A DNA stretch of 64,000 nt from Dehalococcoidia bacterium (GCA_965220105.1 OZ244811.1:1465046-1529045); one strand, 5' to 3'. Counted from the first letter of the stretch, positions 9,804 to 20,401 are shown. Program-made: numbers and translations. The notes: generated by a model from the letters alone, not told the origin.

Positions 9804-11141
9804 CTAGCTCACAGATACCGGACGCCCGTCGGTCTGGCTCGCCCCGGCGGTCTCCGGACCGCTCGCCGGTACGGCTCCGGACGACGCCAGTACCCGATCG
9901 ACCCCCACGGTCACCGGCGCCGACAATGCGGTGTTGATGTCGGAATCGCGTCCCATCAGGTAAAGCGGGATATCGTGCTGGCCCAGGTAATCCGCGGCCA
10001 CCCGCGCGGTCGTGCCCGGCGCCGAGCCGGCCGGGGTCTCCAGGAAAGTCGTGCGGTCGACGTAGCACACTGCCACGTTGATGCCCTGCCGCCGAACGCT
10101 GCTCAGCGCCGGCGCCCATTCCGGTCGCTGGGACGGTGTGATGACCATCAGCGTGTTGAACCCCGACAGGTGCGGGCGCAACTCATACATGAACCGTTCC
10201 AGCGGCACCGTGCCGTCGGCGTGGATGCCGGCCAGCGTTTCCATCAAAGCTCCCAATTGCGCCGGGCGGCGGTCTGGCGGCAACATCCACGGGTTGGACG
10301 CGTTGGCCGCCAGTCCAACCGGCACCGCTTCCTCGTCCCAGCGTTGTATCAGCGACGCGGCCACCGTAACGGCCAACTCCTCGGTGTCGTCGGGAGGTTC
10401 GCCGACGTGGGAACGTCGCTCCATGTCCAGCAACACCCAGGCCTGCGCCGACACGCCGATGTCAAACTCTTTGACCATCAGACGGTTCATCCGCGCCGTG
10501 TAGGGCCAGTGGATGCGTCTCAGGCTATCGCCGTAGGCGTATTCCCGCACCGACGACGACTCCGGGGTAATGGCCGGTGTGCGCCGGGAAAATGCGCTGT
10601 CGCTGGGCAGATTAGCAAACCTGCTGTCCAGGTCGGGCAGTGGCACTGTGGCCGGCAGCACCGTGTACGGCTGGTCATTGAGGAAGGTGCGGTCCAGCCG
10701 GAATAGTCCGAAAGGGTCCCGGGCCGTAACCCTCACCCGGCCGGTACTGTAAATGCCGCGCCGGGAGAGATACGTGAAGATGCGAAACGTCCGCTGCTGA
10801 CCCCGAACCAGTGCTACGGTACGCCCGCCCGGGTTCGGCAGGTCGGTGTCCTCTACCACTTCCAGCCAGGATTTGGGCAACCTGGACCGGTTGAGCAGCT
10901 GGATCTGACCTTCCAGGTAGTCCCCAACGCGTCCCCGAGTGTCCAGCCGGTGGAGCCTTACCTCCAGTCCGCGAATGTTCAGCCAGGCCCATCCGTAGCC
11001 AATCCCAGTGATCAGGATCAGCGTGAATAGCAGGCGATAGAAGAAGCCGAAACCGGTGCCCAGCGCGTAGAAAAGCGCCGCCAGAATCAGAATGCCTAGC
11101 AGGATTTTGCGGCGATGTTGGCTCAGGAATTCCCTTACCAT
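9804..11141 (-). CDS. DUF58 domain protein
   Basis: DPFGLF, VREYAYGDSLRRIHW and LMVKEF motifs. Confidence 0.9.
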   Translation of the reverse strand: MVREFLSQHRRKILLGILILAALFYALGTGFGFFYRLLFTLILITGIGYGWAWLNIRGLEVRLHRLDTRGRVGDYLEGQIQLLNRSRLPKSWLEVVEDTDLPNPGGRTVALVRGQQRTFRIFTYLSRRGIYSTGRVRVTARDPFGLFRLDRTFLNDQPYTVLPATVPLPDLDSRFANLPSDSAFSRRTPAITPESSSVREYAYGDSLRRIHWPYTARMNRLMVKEFDIGVSAQAWVLLDMERRSHVGEPPDDTEELAVTVAASLIQRWDEEAVPVGLAANASNPWMLPPDRRPAQLGALMETLAGIHADGTVPLERFMYELRPHLSGFNTLMVITPSQRPEWAPALSSVRRQGINVAVCYVDRTTFLETPAGSAPGTTARVAADYLGQHDIPLYLMGRDSDINTALSAPVTVGVDRVLASSGAVPASGPETAGASQTDGRPVSVS

Positions 11142-11186
11142 CGTCCATCAACTCCCGGGCGACGCCGATGTTGGTCGGGAGCCGAC

Positions 11187-12185
11187 CTAGCGGGCTCCCG
11201 GTACGGGTACGGTGTTGAGCAGGTCCTGCACCATATTTTCCGAGCGCACGCCCCTCATGCGAGCCGCCGGCGTCAGCACGATGCGGTGTGACAGAACCGC
11301 CGGGGCCAGTTCCTTCACGTCGTCGGGCAGCACGTAGTCCCGTCCCCGGATCAACGCGAGCGCCCGGCTCGCTCGGAACAACCCCAACGAAGCCCGCGGA
11401 GACGCCCCCAGCGAGGCGTCATTGTGAGCCCGCGTCGCTTCCGCCAGCCCGACCACGTATTCTCGCACCAGCCCGTCGACGTACACGTCCTGCGCCGCGC
11501 GTTGCAGGTACAGCACCTGCTCCGGCGTCGCCACCGGCTGCAAATTCCCGATGGGATGAGTGTGTTCCTGCTGGGCGATGATGAGGATCTCCTCATCGAA
11601 CTGGGGGTAGCCGATGCCGATCCGCATCAGGAACCGGTCCAGTTGCGCCTCCGGCAGCGGGAAAGTCCCTTCATATTCGACGGAATTTTGGGTGGCAATT
11701 ACCAGGAAGGGCAACGCCAGCGGGTGGGTAACCCCGTCCACCGTAACCTGCCGCTCCTCCATGGCTTCCAGCAACGCCGACTGCGTCTTGGGGGTGGCCC
11801 GGTTTATCTCGTCGGCCAGCACCAACTGCGCCGCGATGGGCCCCGAACGAAAGCTGAACTCCCCGGTGGACTGGTTGTACACCGAAACTCCGGTAACGTC
11901 GCTGGGCAACAGGTCGGGAGTGAACTGAATCCGGGAGAAGGTGCCGCCGATCGACACCGCCAGGGAGCGGGCCAGCATCGTTTTGCCGACTCCAGGGACG
12001 TCTTCCACCAGGATGTGACCCTCGGCAACCAGCGCCGACAACGCCTGTTCGATGACGGCGGCTTTGCCGACTATCACCGTCGCCACGTTTTCCGCGATGC
12101 GGTGGGCGATGGCGGACGCTTCCGTGATGGCCACGGGCACGCCGGACGGATCGTTGATTACCGTATTCTGCACTGGAAGATCCAT
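11187..12185 (-). CDS. moxR: MoxR-family AAA+ ATPase
   Basis: [49 protein letters not shown]. Start codon uncertain (12185 or 12221). Confidence 0.93.
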   Translation of the reverse strand: MDLPVQNTVINDPSGVPVAITEASAIAHRIAENVATVIVGKAAVIEQALSALVAEGHILVEDVPGVGKTMLARSLAVSIGGTFSRIQFTPDLLPSDVTGVSVYNQSTGEFSFRSGPIAAQLVLADEINRATPKTQSALLEAMEERQVTVDGVTHPLALPFLVIATQNSVEYEGTFPLPEAQLDRFLMRIGIGYPQFDEEILIIAQQEHTHPIGNLQPVATPEQVLYLQRAAQDVYVDGLVREYVVGLAEATRAHNDASLGASPRASLGLFRASRALALIRGRDYVLPDDVKELAPAVLSHRIVLTPAARMRGVRSENMVQDLLNTVPVPGAR

Positions 12186-12420
12186 GCTGATGCGATTCTG
12201 CGCCAATCGTAAGTTTAGCACAGCCGGCGGTGCGGCAATGATGCCCGTCGGAAATTACTGGAGTGTTGCGCCTGACCGATTATCCTGCAAAGGCCGGCTA
12301 GCGTTTATACTGTCGACCTGCACATGCAATCCGTAGCATCGCCGCCGGCGTAATAGATGTTGGAATCCCCAATGTCAACGGGCGTTGAAAGCGTCAAGTT
12401 GGCCGCGACCGGAGTGATAT

Positions 12421-13758
12421 ATGACGCTCTCAAACCACCGCAAACTCATCTCGTTGCTGCCATTGTTGGGGCTGTTGGCGATAGTGTCGCTGGCCTGCGC
12501 GCAATCGAGCGCTCCCGAGCAACCCGGATCGCCTCCGACCGTCGCATCGTCCTCCGATACGACGCCCGCCGCCGGGTCGGAGGAATCAAAGGCGCTTCAA
12601 TCCACGCCGGAAGAACCGATACCGACAGCCGACAAACCGGACGACCCCAACCCGACGCCCATCGAGGCCAAGGCGCGGGCCATGCCGGAGATTCCGCAAA
12701 TATCCGGCATCGACGCCTGGCTCAACACCGATACCGAGTTGCAGGTCGCCGACCTTACTGCCGACGGCAAGGTGGTCCTGGTCGACTTCTGGACGTATAC
12801 CTGCATCAATTGCCTACGCACGCTGCCCTACCTGCGGGCCTGGTGGAGCCAGTACGAGGACGACGGACTGGTCATCCTGGGCATCCACTCCCCGGAGTTC
12901 GATTTTGAGAAGGACTACGACAACGTAGCAAAAGCCATCGAGACCAACGACGTGGGCTGGCCCGTCGCCCAGGACAACGATATGGTGACCTGGTCGAATT
13001 TTGAAAACCGTTTCTGGCCGGCCAAGTACCTCTTCAACTCCCACGGCGAACAGATCTACAGCCACTTTGGCGAGGGCGGTTACGGCGAAACCGAGCAGCA
13101 CATACGCAACGCCCTGGTAGAAGCCGGCGCGGACTTGTCCGACGACCCGGCGAGCCTCCCCGACGACCAGGTGCGCGACCCGGCCTTCCAGTCTGCCCGG
13201 GAATCCGGCAACGCCCCCATCACGCGCGAGCTTTATGCCGGTTGGCACCGCAACGTCGGTGTCGCCCGCGCCGGCCGCCTGCCCTACGTTGCCCAGGAGG
13301 AATACTTCGAAGCCATTGCCGCCGGCGACAGCAACGCCGCTGGCGTTCTGGACGCGACCGTCCCCCAGGAAATTCAACAGCACGTCCTGTATTTCCAGGG
13401 CCAGTGGTCGGTGGAACCGGAACGCGTCCGCCATGCCCGGCTGACGCAAAACCTGGAGGATTACCTCGCGCTGAATTACGCCGCCAAGAGCGTCAATGTG
13501 GTGCTAACCTCCGATTCCGGCGAACCCTATCGCGTGGTCATCACCCAGGACGGGGCGATGCTGACGCAGGATAATGCCGGCCAGGACATCCAGTGGGACG
13601 AAACCGGTCAGTCCTACATCCTGGTCGACACGCCGCGTATGTACGCCATCATCGATAACGCGCAATACACTCGGGAGGCCATCCTGACAATGCGGTCCAA
13701 TTCGGACGACTTCGGTATTTTCGCCCTCACCTTCGGCGTGTACGCGGAGGGCCCGTGA
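12421..13758 (+). CDS. Thioredoxin-like lipoprotein resembling the DipZ C-terminal region (redoxin + beta-sandwich)
   Basis: Lipobox SLAC, Pro/Ser/Thr linker, DFWTYTCINC (CxxC), HSPEF and NRFWPAKY. Confidence 0.85.
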   Translation: MTLSNHRKLISLLPLLGLLAIVSLACAQSSAPEQPGSPPTVASSSDTTPAAGSEESKALQSTPEEPIPTADKPDDPNPTPIEAKARAMPEIPQISGIDAWLNTDTELQVADLTADGKVVLVDFWTYTCINCLRTLPYLRAWWSQYEDDGLVILGIHSPEFDFEKDYDNVAKAIETNDVGWPVAQDNDMVTWSNFENRFWPAKYLFNSHGEQIYSHFGEGGYGETEQHIRNALVEAGADLSDDPASLPDDQVRDPAFQSARESGNAPITRELYAGWHRNVGVARAGRLPYVAQEEYFEAIAAGDSNAAGVLDATVPQEIQQHVLYFQGQWSVEPERVRHARLTQNLEDYLALNYAAKSVNVVLTSDSGEPYRVVITQDGAMLTQDNAGQDIQWDETGQSYILVDTPRMYAIIDNAQYTREAILTMRSNSDDFGIFALTFGVYAEGP

Positions 13759-14711
13759 TGCCCAGGATCCTTGTTTTCGCGGTCGCCGCCGGCCTCCTGG
13801 CGGCGCTGGTCGGGTGTTCGGCCGGCGGAACCACCGAACCGCCTGGTAGATACGCCGAACCCGCATCCTCAACCACCGCGCCGCCCGCCATACAGGTACC
13901 CACCGTCGATTCATCAGACGCCGTCCTGCGCGCCGACCTGGCCACCAGGGTATTGGAGGTCGGCGACCAGCGCGTTGCCTTCCTGCTGTCCACCCAGACG
14001 GCGTTGGTGAAAGCCCCCAGCGTGACGGTCACCATATCCGGTCAGGACGGTGCGGTCGAACCCGCCGAAATAACGGCTGTATTCAACGAATGGCCCTACG
14101 GCGTCCGGGGGTCGTACACCGCGGTTGTTCCCTTCCCGTCTGCCGGCAACTACGTCCTCACCGCCGCCGTCGCTGACGACACCGTTTCGGGTTCAGTGGA
14201 AATTCCGGTAAGCGTGGTGGTCGATTCACCGGTGCCCGCCTTGGGCGACCCAATCCCACCCAGCAAAACCAAAACCCTGTCCGATGGTCTGGAGCTGACC
14301 CAAATCACCACCGCCTACCAACCCGACCCCGAGCTGTACGCGGTTTCCATAGGTGACGCCGTTGCCGAAGAACAGCCCGCCGTCATCGTTTTCGCCACGC
14401 CGGCATTCTGCACCAGCCCTACGTGCGGACCCCAGGTCGACACCGTGTCCGAGTTGCGCGCCGCTCACCCCGACGATGCCAACTTCATCCACGTGGAACT
14501 CTACGACAACCCAGCAGAAATTCAGGGGGACTTGAGCAAAGCCAGGCTCGTCGACACCGCCGATGAGTGGGGCTTCACTTGGCTGGAACACTGGACCAAC
14601 GAATCGTGGGTATTCGTGGCGGATGGCCAGGGGATCGTCCGACACCGCTTCGAAGGGTTTGCAACGTTCAACGAACTGGAAGCGGCGCTGCGGGACGTGA
14701 CCGGGCCGTAA
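13755..14711 (+). CDS. Lipoprotein with C-terminal thioredoxin-like domain (CxxxxC)
   Basis: Lipobox LVGC, FATPAFCTSPTCGP; start overlaps the upstream stop (GTGA). Confidence 0.75.
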   Translation: MMPRILVFAVAAGLLAALVGCSAGGTTEPPGRYAEPASSTTAPPAIQVPTVDSSDAVLRADLATRVLEVGDQRVAFLLSTQTALVKAPSVTVTISGQDGAVEPAEITAVFNEWPYGVRGSYTAVVPFPSAGNYVLTAAVADDTVSGSVEIPVSVVVDSPVPALGDPIPPSKTKTLSDGLELTQITTAYQPDPELYAVSIGDAVAEEQPAVIVFATPAFCTSPTCGPQVDTVSELRAAHPDDANFIHVELYDNPAEIQGDLSKARLVDTADEWGFTWLEHWTNESWVFVADGQGIVRHRFEGFATFNELEAALRDVTGP

Positions 14712-14742
14712 CCGGCAATCCCGGCCCGGTCCCGTTGCGACG

Positions 14743-14782
14743 AAAAACACGCCTCCGGAAGGTTATCCGGGGGCGCGTTTTT
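14743..14782. terminator. Probable bidirectional intrinsic terminator
   Basis: AAAAACACGCCTCCGG...CCGGGGGCGCGTTTTT hairpin directly after the lipoprotein pair. Confidence 0.7.
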
Positions 14783-14822
14783 ATCGCCGGCCGTGGTGAT
14801 AGCTCGAAACGGCAGCGCTTAG

Positions 14823-16279
14823 TACTACAGTCGCAGATTGGAAACGGATATAATTGGGACAGTCTGGTGGTGATGAGGTGTGGCGGTGGCTGTGTTGAAA
14901 GCGGAAGTGGCCCGGTGGGCCGAGGGCATCGAAGGGGTGCATGAGTGCATTGCCGGACGGTTCCGCCGCCCTGAGCCTCGCCGGCGGGTACTGGACTACT
15001 TGCGGGTACTGGACTACTTGCGGGGACTGGTCAGTTCCGTAGAGCGCAAGAACGGGTGGCAACTGGCGGAGCAGGCGGGGGATGCCACACCCGACGGGGT
15101 GCAGCGCCTGTTGTACAACTATCGGTGGGATGCGGACCTGGTTCGTGATGACCTGAAATCCTACGTGGTGGAGCATCTGTCCGCCGCTGACGCGGCGCTG
15201 GTGGTGGACGAGACCGGATTCCTCAAGAAAGGGGAGAAGTCGGTAAGAAAGGGGAGAAGTCGGTAAGAAAGGGGAGAAGTCGGTTGGGGTGCAGCGTCAG
15301 TACAGCGGGACGGCGGGGCGGATCGAGAACGGTCAGATTGGCGTTTTTCTGGCCTATGCCAGCGCCAGGGGCAGAACCCTGCTGGACCGGGAATTGTACC
15401 TGCCCCAGGTGTGGGCGGAAGACTGGGAGCGGCGGCGGGAGGCTGGGGTGCCGGAGAGTGTCGGCTTTCGGACCAAGCCGCAACTGGCCCAGCTAATGCT
15501 GAAGCGGGCGCTGGAATCCGGAGTCCCCTTCGGCTGGGTTGCTGGAGATGAGGTCTATGGCAACGACCGCAAGCTGCGGCGGTGGCTGGAGCGAGCGGGA
15601 ATTCCCCACGTGCTGGCCATCAGGAGCAACGAGAAGCTGTGGGTCTTGACGGACCAGGGCCTGTGTCAGGTGCGGGCTGACCGGCTGACGTCGCAGGTTG
15701 ACGAGTTGGGTTGGACCAGATGCAGTGCGGGCGATGGGGCCAAGGGGCCACGGGTCTACGATTGGGCCGTCGTGGAAATACGGCCTCTTGGGGAGCCGGG
15801 CCAGGGCTACTGGCTGCTGGCCCGGCGCAGCATTGCCCAGCCCGGGGAGTTGGCTTACTTGGTATGCTTCGGCCCGGCCGGAACGGCCTTGGCGGAACTG
15901 GTGAGGGTGGCTGGGACCCGGTGGGCCATCGCGGAGTGTTTCGAGGAGGCCAAGGGGCAGGTGGGACTGGACCAGTATGAGGTGCGGAGGTGGGACGGCT
16001 GGTACCGGCACATCACCTTGGCGATGCTGGCGCAGGCGTAGCTGTCAGTAATCAAGCATCAAGCGATGGAACCAGGAGAAAAGGGGGCTGCTACGGGCCC
16101 GATGCAGAGCTGATTCCCATAACGGCCCCGGAGGTGCGCCGGCTGCTCACCCGACTTGTATGGACGGAAAATCAACTGCCTGATTTCATCCTGTCCTGGT
16201 CGTGGTGGAGACGGCGCCACCAAGCCAGAGCCCGCCAATGCCATTACAAACGCCGCCTGTCAAATCTGCGACTGTAGTA
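14823..16279 (+). mobile_element. IS701-family insertion sequence
   Basis: Perfect 17-bp TIR TACTACAGTCGCAGATT (14823-14839 / 16263-16279), flanked by a TTAG direct repeat (14819-14822 / 16280-16283). Confidence 0.92.
14880..16277 (+). pseudogene. Disrupted IS701 transposase
   Basis: DETGFLKKG, QRQYSGTAGRIENGQ, RWAIAECFEEAK and WRRRHQ motifs. Carries an in-frame 18-bp duplication, a frameshifting 20-bp triplication (15225-15284), an in-frame TAG (16039-16041) and an A4G5 frameshift site (16079-16087). Confidence 0.9.
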
Positions 16280-16282
16280 TTA

Positions 16283-17167
16283 GAAAGTGTTTAAAAAGGG
16301 TCTGGGAAATAGCAGGCAATGTAGCAGGGCAGGCTATAGACTTGGGGCATGAGCCGAGCAGTTTATTCCACGGATTTGACGGAGGCCGAGTGGCGGATTC
16401 TGGAACCCCTGGTTCCGCCGGTGAAGCCGGGTGGCCGGCCCGCCAAGTACTCCCGCCGGGAGGTGGTGAATGCCATCCGGTACGTGCTGCGCACCGGTTG
16501 TGCATGGCGTCTGTTGCCTCACGACCTGCCGCCCTGGCAATCGGTCTACCACTACTTTTGGGTTTGGCGGCGAGATGGGACCTGGCCGGGGATTCACGAT
16601 GCCCTGCTCCCCACGATGCCCTGCTCCCCACGATGCGGCGGTTCCTGGGCCGCCAGCCCAGCCCCAGCGGGGCCATCATCGACCGCCAGTCGGTGAAGAC
16701 CACGGAAAAAGGGGGCCTCGGGGGTACGACGCGGGCAAGAAGGTGAAAGGCCGCAAACGGCATATTGTGGTGGATACCCAGGGACTGCTGTTGGCGGTGG
16801 CGGTGCACCCAGCCGATGTGCAAGACCGGGATGGGGCCAAGCTGGTCATTAGCAAGCTGACCGGAAGGTTTCCCCGGTTGAGCTTGATCTGGGCGGATGG
16901 CGGCTACGCCGGAAAGTTGATCGAGTGGGTGGCGACACTGACGGGTTGGACTCTGGAGATAGTGAGGCGTCCCGGGAACAGCCACCGCTTTGAGGTGTTG
17001 CCCCGACGCTGGGTGGTGGAGCGCACTTTCGCCTGGCTGGGCCGGCACCGGAGATTGAGCAAAGATTATGAAGCACTGCCGGAAACCACCGAAGCCTGGG
17101 TCTACACGGCTATGACCGGACTCATGCTCCGCCGCTTGGCACGCCCCACAGCTTTTTAAACACGCTC
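16283..17167 (+). mobile_element. IS5-family insertion sequence (IS1031/IS427-like)
   Basis: TIR GAAAGTGTTTAAAAAG / GAGCGTGTTTAAAAAG (14/16); flanks are TTA and TAA. Confidence 0.88.
16349..17159 (+). pseudogene. IS5 transposase frameshifted by a 17-bp duplication
   Basis: [53 protein letters not shown]. Extra CACGATGCCCTGCTCCC copy at 16595-16628; A5G5 site at 16706-16715 is probably the native frameshift. Confidence 0.88.
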
Positions 17168-17170
17168 TAA

Positions 17171-17294
17171 GACAAGCTCAGGGTGAGCGGATTCCGAAGT
17201 TTGTTCCGCTCATCCTGAGCCTGTCGAAGGACGGCAACGAGATTGCCACGCTGCGCTCGCAATGACAGTTTGAGCGAAGGGGGGTACGCGTGGG
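17171..17294. repeat. Truncated composite palindromic element (cargo-b hairpin + cargo-a arm + shell-1 right end)
   Basis: 20-bp stem GACAAGCTCAGGGTGAGCGG / CCGCTCATCCTGAGCCTGTC (18/20), then GAGATTGCCACGCTGCGCTCGCAATGAC, then GGGTACGCGTGGG. The left part is missing at the IS5 junction. Confidence 0.85.
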
Positions 17295-17307
17295 CGGTTT
17301 GCCGCTA

Positions 17308-17335
17308 TTGACACGCCTCGCGTTGCTAGTATAAA
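17308..17335 (+). promoter_or_regulatory. Sigma70-type promoter for the ABC transporter operon
   Basis: TTGACA-16 bp-TATAAA, about 195 bp upstream of the SBP start. Confidence 0.65.
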
Positions 17336-17530
17336 GTCCGCGCAAATTCAAAAATGGCGATTCACAACGCGTTCCAACCGACGGTACGCGCCATGAGAAC
17401 AGAATCGACCGTGCGATTTCATATCCAAGGACACGCGCCGAGATCAATATTTGGCCAGGGTTCCCGGATCGACCGATAACTGCCAATTTGGTCTGCGGCC
17501 TCTGACAGGAAAATCGAGTCTGGAGGTCTA

Positions 17531-19333
17531 GTGATGAACCGTTACGGAATAAAGGTCCCCTCAACGTTAATAATCGTGCCCATGCTGATGCTCTTGGCGT
17601 TTGCCGTGGCATGCGGTGGCGCCGGGGCTCCGGCTGAAACTGATCAAGCCGGCGGCGACTCTGGCTCCGCTGCGGCGGCAGTAGCCCAGCCCACAACGGC
17701 TGCCGAGGCCAAAGATCAGCCGGCGGCCATGGCCAGCAACGGCAAAGTGTTGCCGGTACAAAAGATCGTCCTGGGGTTGATCACGCCCATCGACGACACT
17801 GTGGTGCCTTGGCTCGGCGGTGTCGACTTTGTGTACCAGCACAGCCCATTCATGGAATATCTGGTCCAGCTGGACTCCCATACCAGCGAATGGAAGCCCA
17901 TGCTGGCCAAAAGCTGGGAGATGAACGCCACCGGCGACGTTTGGACCTTTGAGTTGGAGCAGGGTGTTCAGTTCCACCGCGGTTTCGGCGAGTTCACGGC
18001 TGCTGATGTGGAACACAGCTTCCAGGTCAACTGCCAGAAGGGTACCCGCGCCAGCTACAAGGGCGGCATCTGTAACATTGACCATGTGGAGATTGTCGAC
18101 CCCTACAACATCAAGGTTCACACGGTCAATCCCTCCGCGGAGTACCTGTTTTACGTAGCCGAGTCTGCGGGCAACATGATATCCAGCAAGGCCCAGTGCG
18201 AGCAGGCCGGCGGGTTTGACGTCGCTGCAAACCAGGCCAGCGAGGGTTGCACCACCGAGTACTACGAACGTCTGGCCGGCACCGGTCCTTATCAGTACGA
18301 CGGCCGGGTCGAGGAGGTTCAAGTGGATTACTCCCTGGCCTTCCCGGACGGTCACTGGCGCCACGACCCCGACTATCCGGAAATGCGCAACACCTGGGTG
18401 TTGGAAGAGGCCACCCGCTTGGCCCAGTTCCGCGCCGGTGAGACCCACATGACCGAGGTCAACCGAGACTTGGGCGACCGGCTGGTTGAGGAAGGTTACA
18501 AGATCATCCAGAGCACCGGCCCGGCCCAGCAGACGGCCTTCCGCTTTGGCGGCATGTTCTACAACGACCCGGAGAATTATGACCCCAACTTCCCCGTTAC
18601 GGCCCCGGGCGAAATCGGCATTATGGTGCGCAAGGCGCTGAACAAGGCCGTGGACCGGGAAACCTTCAAGCAAGAGCTTTACAAGGGTCGGGTGTGGGAC
18701 TCCAAGGTGCACTCTTTCCACAGTGAACTGACCCCGTGGAACCCCCAGTGGGACGCGGACTGGGAGGCGGAGTACGGCTATGACTTGGAGGCGGCCAAGC
18801 AGCTTCTGGTTGACGCCGGCTACCCCGAAGGGTTCGAGATTATCGTCCCCATGTATCCCTTCCCGGGCGCGCCGGAACTGCCGCAGATAGCCCAGTTCAT
18901 GCAACTGGCCTGGGCGGAGATTGGCGTGGACCTGACGCTGCGGGACGAGGACCGGGCGGCGGTAGTAGCCCGGCGTCGCCAAAAGGCCAACCACGAAACA
19001 GCCCTGGCGACTACGCCCTCCTTCAAGGCTCAGGAAGCCCAGATGATGCTGTTCAACACCCATAAGGACGACGGCGGCGTGGTCTGGATGTACGAGACCA
19101 AGGAGCTGCGGGACCTGTACCACACGTTGCAGACGACCATGGACCCCAACGAACGCGCCAAGGTTCTGATACAGATGGGGAACATCAAGTTCTACGAACA
19201 CGAGTGGATACCCCTCTTCTGGGTGCCCATTGAGACCATCGTAGACCCCAAAATCATCTGCGCCTGGCCGTTCCCAGGCTGGGAGGGCGGCGATCTGGGC
19301 AGCAATGAGGAAATCGAGGCGCCCCCCTGCTGA
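17531..19333 (+). CDS. Family-5 (Dpp/Opp-type) ABC solute-binding lipoprotein
   Basis: Lipobox AVAC; PMLAKSWE...WTFELEQGVQFH.G.GEFTAADV and LAGTGPY motifs; followed by two permeases. Confidence 0.88.
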   Translation: MMNRYGIKVPSTLIIVPMLMLLAFAVACGGAGAPAETDQAGGDSGSAAAAVAQPTTAAEAKDQPAAMASNGKVLPVQKIVLGLITPIDDTVVPWLGGVDFVYQHSPFMEYLVQLDSHTSEWKPMLAKSWEMNATGDVWTFELEQGVQFHRGFGEFTAADVEHSFQVNCQKGTRASYKGGICNIDHVEIVDPYNIKVHTVNPSAEYLFYVAESAGNMISSKAQCEQAGGFDVAANQASEGCTTEYYERLAGTGPYQYDGRVEEVQVDYSLAFPDGHWRHDPDYPEMRNTWVLEEATRLAQFRAGETHMTEVNRDLGDRLVEEGYKIIQSTGPAQQTAFRFGGMFYNDPENYDPNFPVTAPGEIGIMVRKALNKAVDRETFKQELYKGRVWDSKVHSFHSELTPWNPQWDADWEAEYGYDLEAAKQLLVDAGYPEGFEIIVPMYPFPGAPELPQIAQFMQLAWAEIGVDLTLRDEDRAAVVARRRQKANHETALATTPSFKAQEAQMMLFNTHKDDGGVVWMYETKELRDLYHTLQTTMDPNERAKVLIQMGNIKFYEHEWIPLFWVPIETIVDPKIICAWPFPGWEGGDLGSNEEIEAPPC

Positions 19334-19366
19334 TCCTCGCTGCAACGTCGCAACAGCCTGGTTTCA

Positions 19367-19406
19367 ACGCACCGCAATTGGTGGGCAACCGTGAATCGCG
19401 GTGCGT
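19367..19406 (+). other. Intercistronic stem-loop between SBP and permease genes
   Basis: ACGCACCGCAATT / AATCGCGGTGCGT inverted repeat (12/13). A role in mRNA stabilisation or attenuation is inferred. Confidence 0.5.
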
Positions 19407-19449
19407 GTCGCTGATGGCAGCAACCGCCCAACTCGGTTAGGAGTCAAGG

Positions 19450-20370
19450 ATGCAACGGTATATCCTGCTACGTCTCCTCCAGGCGATCCTCGTGCTTGCA
19501 GTGGTGAGCGTAGTCGCCTTTGCTCTGGGCCACGCTGGCGGCAACCCGTTGGATGCCATATTGCCGGACGATGCCGACGCCCAGGTCAGGGCGGACCTGG
19601 AGGAATTCTGGGGCATCAACGAGCCGTTGCACTTGCAGTATTTCACCTATGTCTGGAACGCCGTCAGGGGTGACTTCGGACACTCGTTCAAGTACCCCAG
19701 GTTCACGGTATCCGAACTCATCCAGGCCCGGTTCGTGGCCACGATTCAGTTAGCGGGGGCCGGCATACTTGTGGCCGTCGCTATAGGGTTGCCCATCGGG
19801 GTTTTGACGGCGACCTACCGAGACACCGTCTTCGATTGGACGGGCAAAGTGGTGGCGCTGCTGGGACAATCCCTGCCCGTATTCTGGCTGGGCATCATCC
19901 TCATGTGGATCTTTGCGGTGCAGTTGGATTGGTTCCCGACCTCCGGGAGGGGTGGCATCAGCAACCTGATCCTGCCGGCCGTCGCCATCGGGTGGTTCCA
20001 GGTGGCCGCCATGCTCCGGTTGGTCCGGTCTTCCATGCTGGACGTGCTGGATAGCGAGTACGTGAAATTGGCCCGAATCAAGGGGCTGCCGGAACGGAAG
20101 ATAATCTGGAAGCACTGCCTGCGGAACGCCGCCATCGCCCCGCTGACCTATTTCGCAATCACGTTGGGGTCGCTGATGGTGGGCTCCGTTTCCATCGAAA
20201 CGGTCTTCCAGTGGCCCGGTCTGGGGTTCCTCCTGTTCAACGCGGCGCGCTCCAGCGATTACGCTTTGTTGCAGGGCATAATGCTTACCTTCACCACCAT
20301 ATACATCACGGCGAATTTGCTGGTGGACATAGCTTACGCCTACCTCGACCCCCGCATACGGTACAACTGA
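19450..20370 (+). CDS. dppB: Peptide/nickel ABC transporter permease (DppB/OppB-like)
   Basis: LPVFWLG, RSSMLDVLDSEYVKLARIKGL (EAA loop), ETVFQWPGLG, YAYLDPRI. Confidence 0.92.
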   Translation: MQRYILLRLLQAILVLAVVSVVAFALGHAGGNPLDAILPDDADAQVRADLEEFWGINEPLHLQYFTYVWNAVRGDFGHSFKYPRFTVSELIQARFVATIQLAGAGILVAVAIGLPIGVLTATYRDTVFDWTGKVVALLGQSLPVFWLGIILMWIFAVQLDWFPTSGRGGISNLILPAVAIGWFQVAAMLRLVRSSMLDVLDSEYVKLARIKGLPERKIIWKHCLRNAAIAPLTYFAITLGSLMVGSVSIETVFQWPGLGFLLFNAARSSDYALLQGIMLTFTTIYITANLLVDIAYAYLDPRIRYN

Positions 20371-20401
20371 CGCCCCGAGGGCTTAAGCGAGGACGATAAC
20401 C

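Noticed and set aside
15225-15284. Possible CRISPR array from the 18-20 bp direct repeats here and at 7059-7112
   Set aside because: Repeats are contiguous with no spacers, and no cas genes are present.
17340-17530. Riboswitch in the 190-nt leader of the SBP operon
   Set aside because: No known aptamer consensus or clear terminator recognised by eye; needs an Rfam/Infernal scan.
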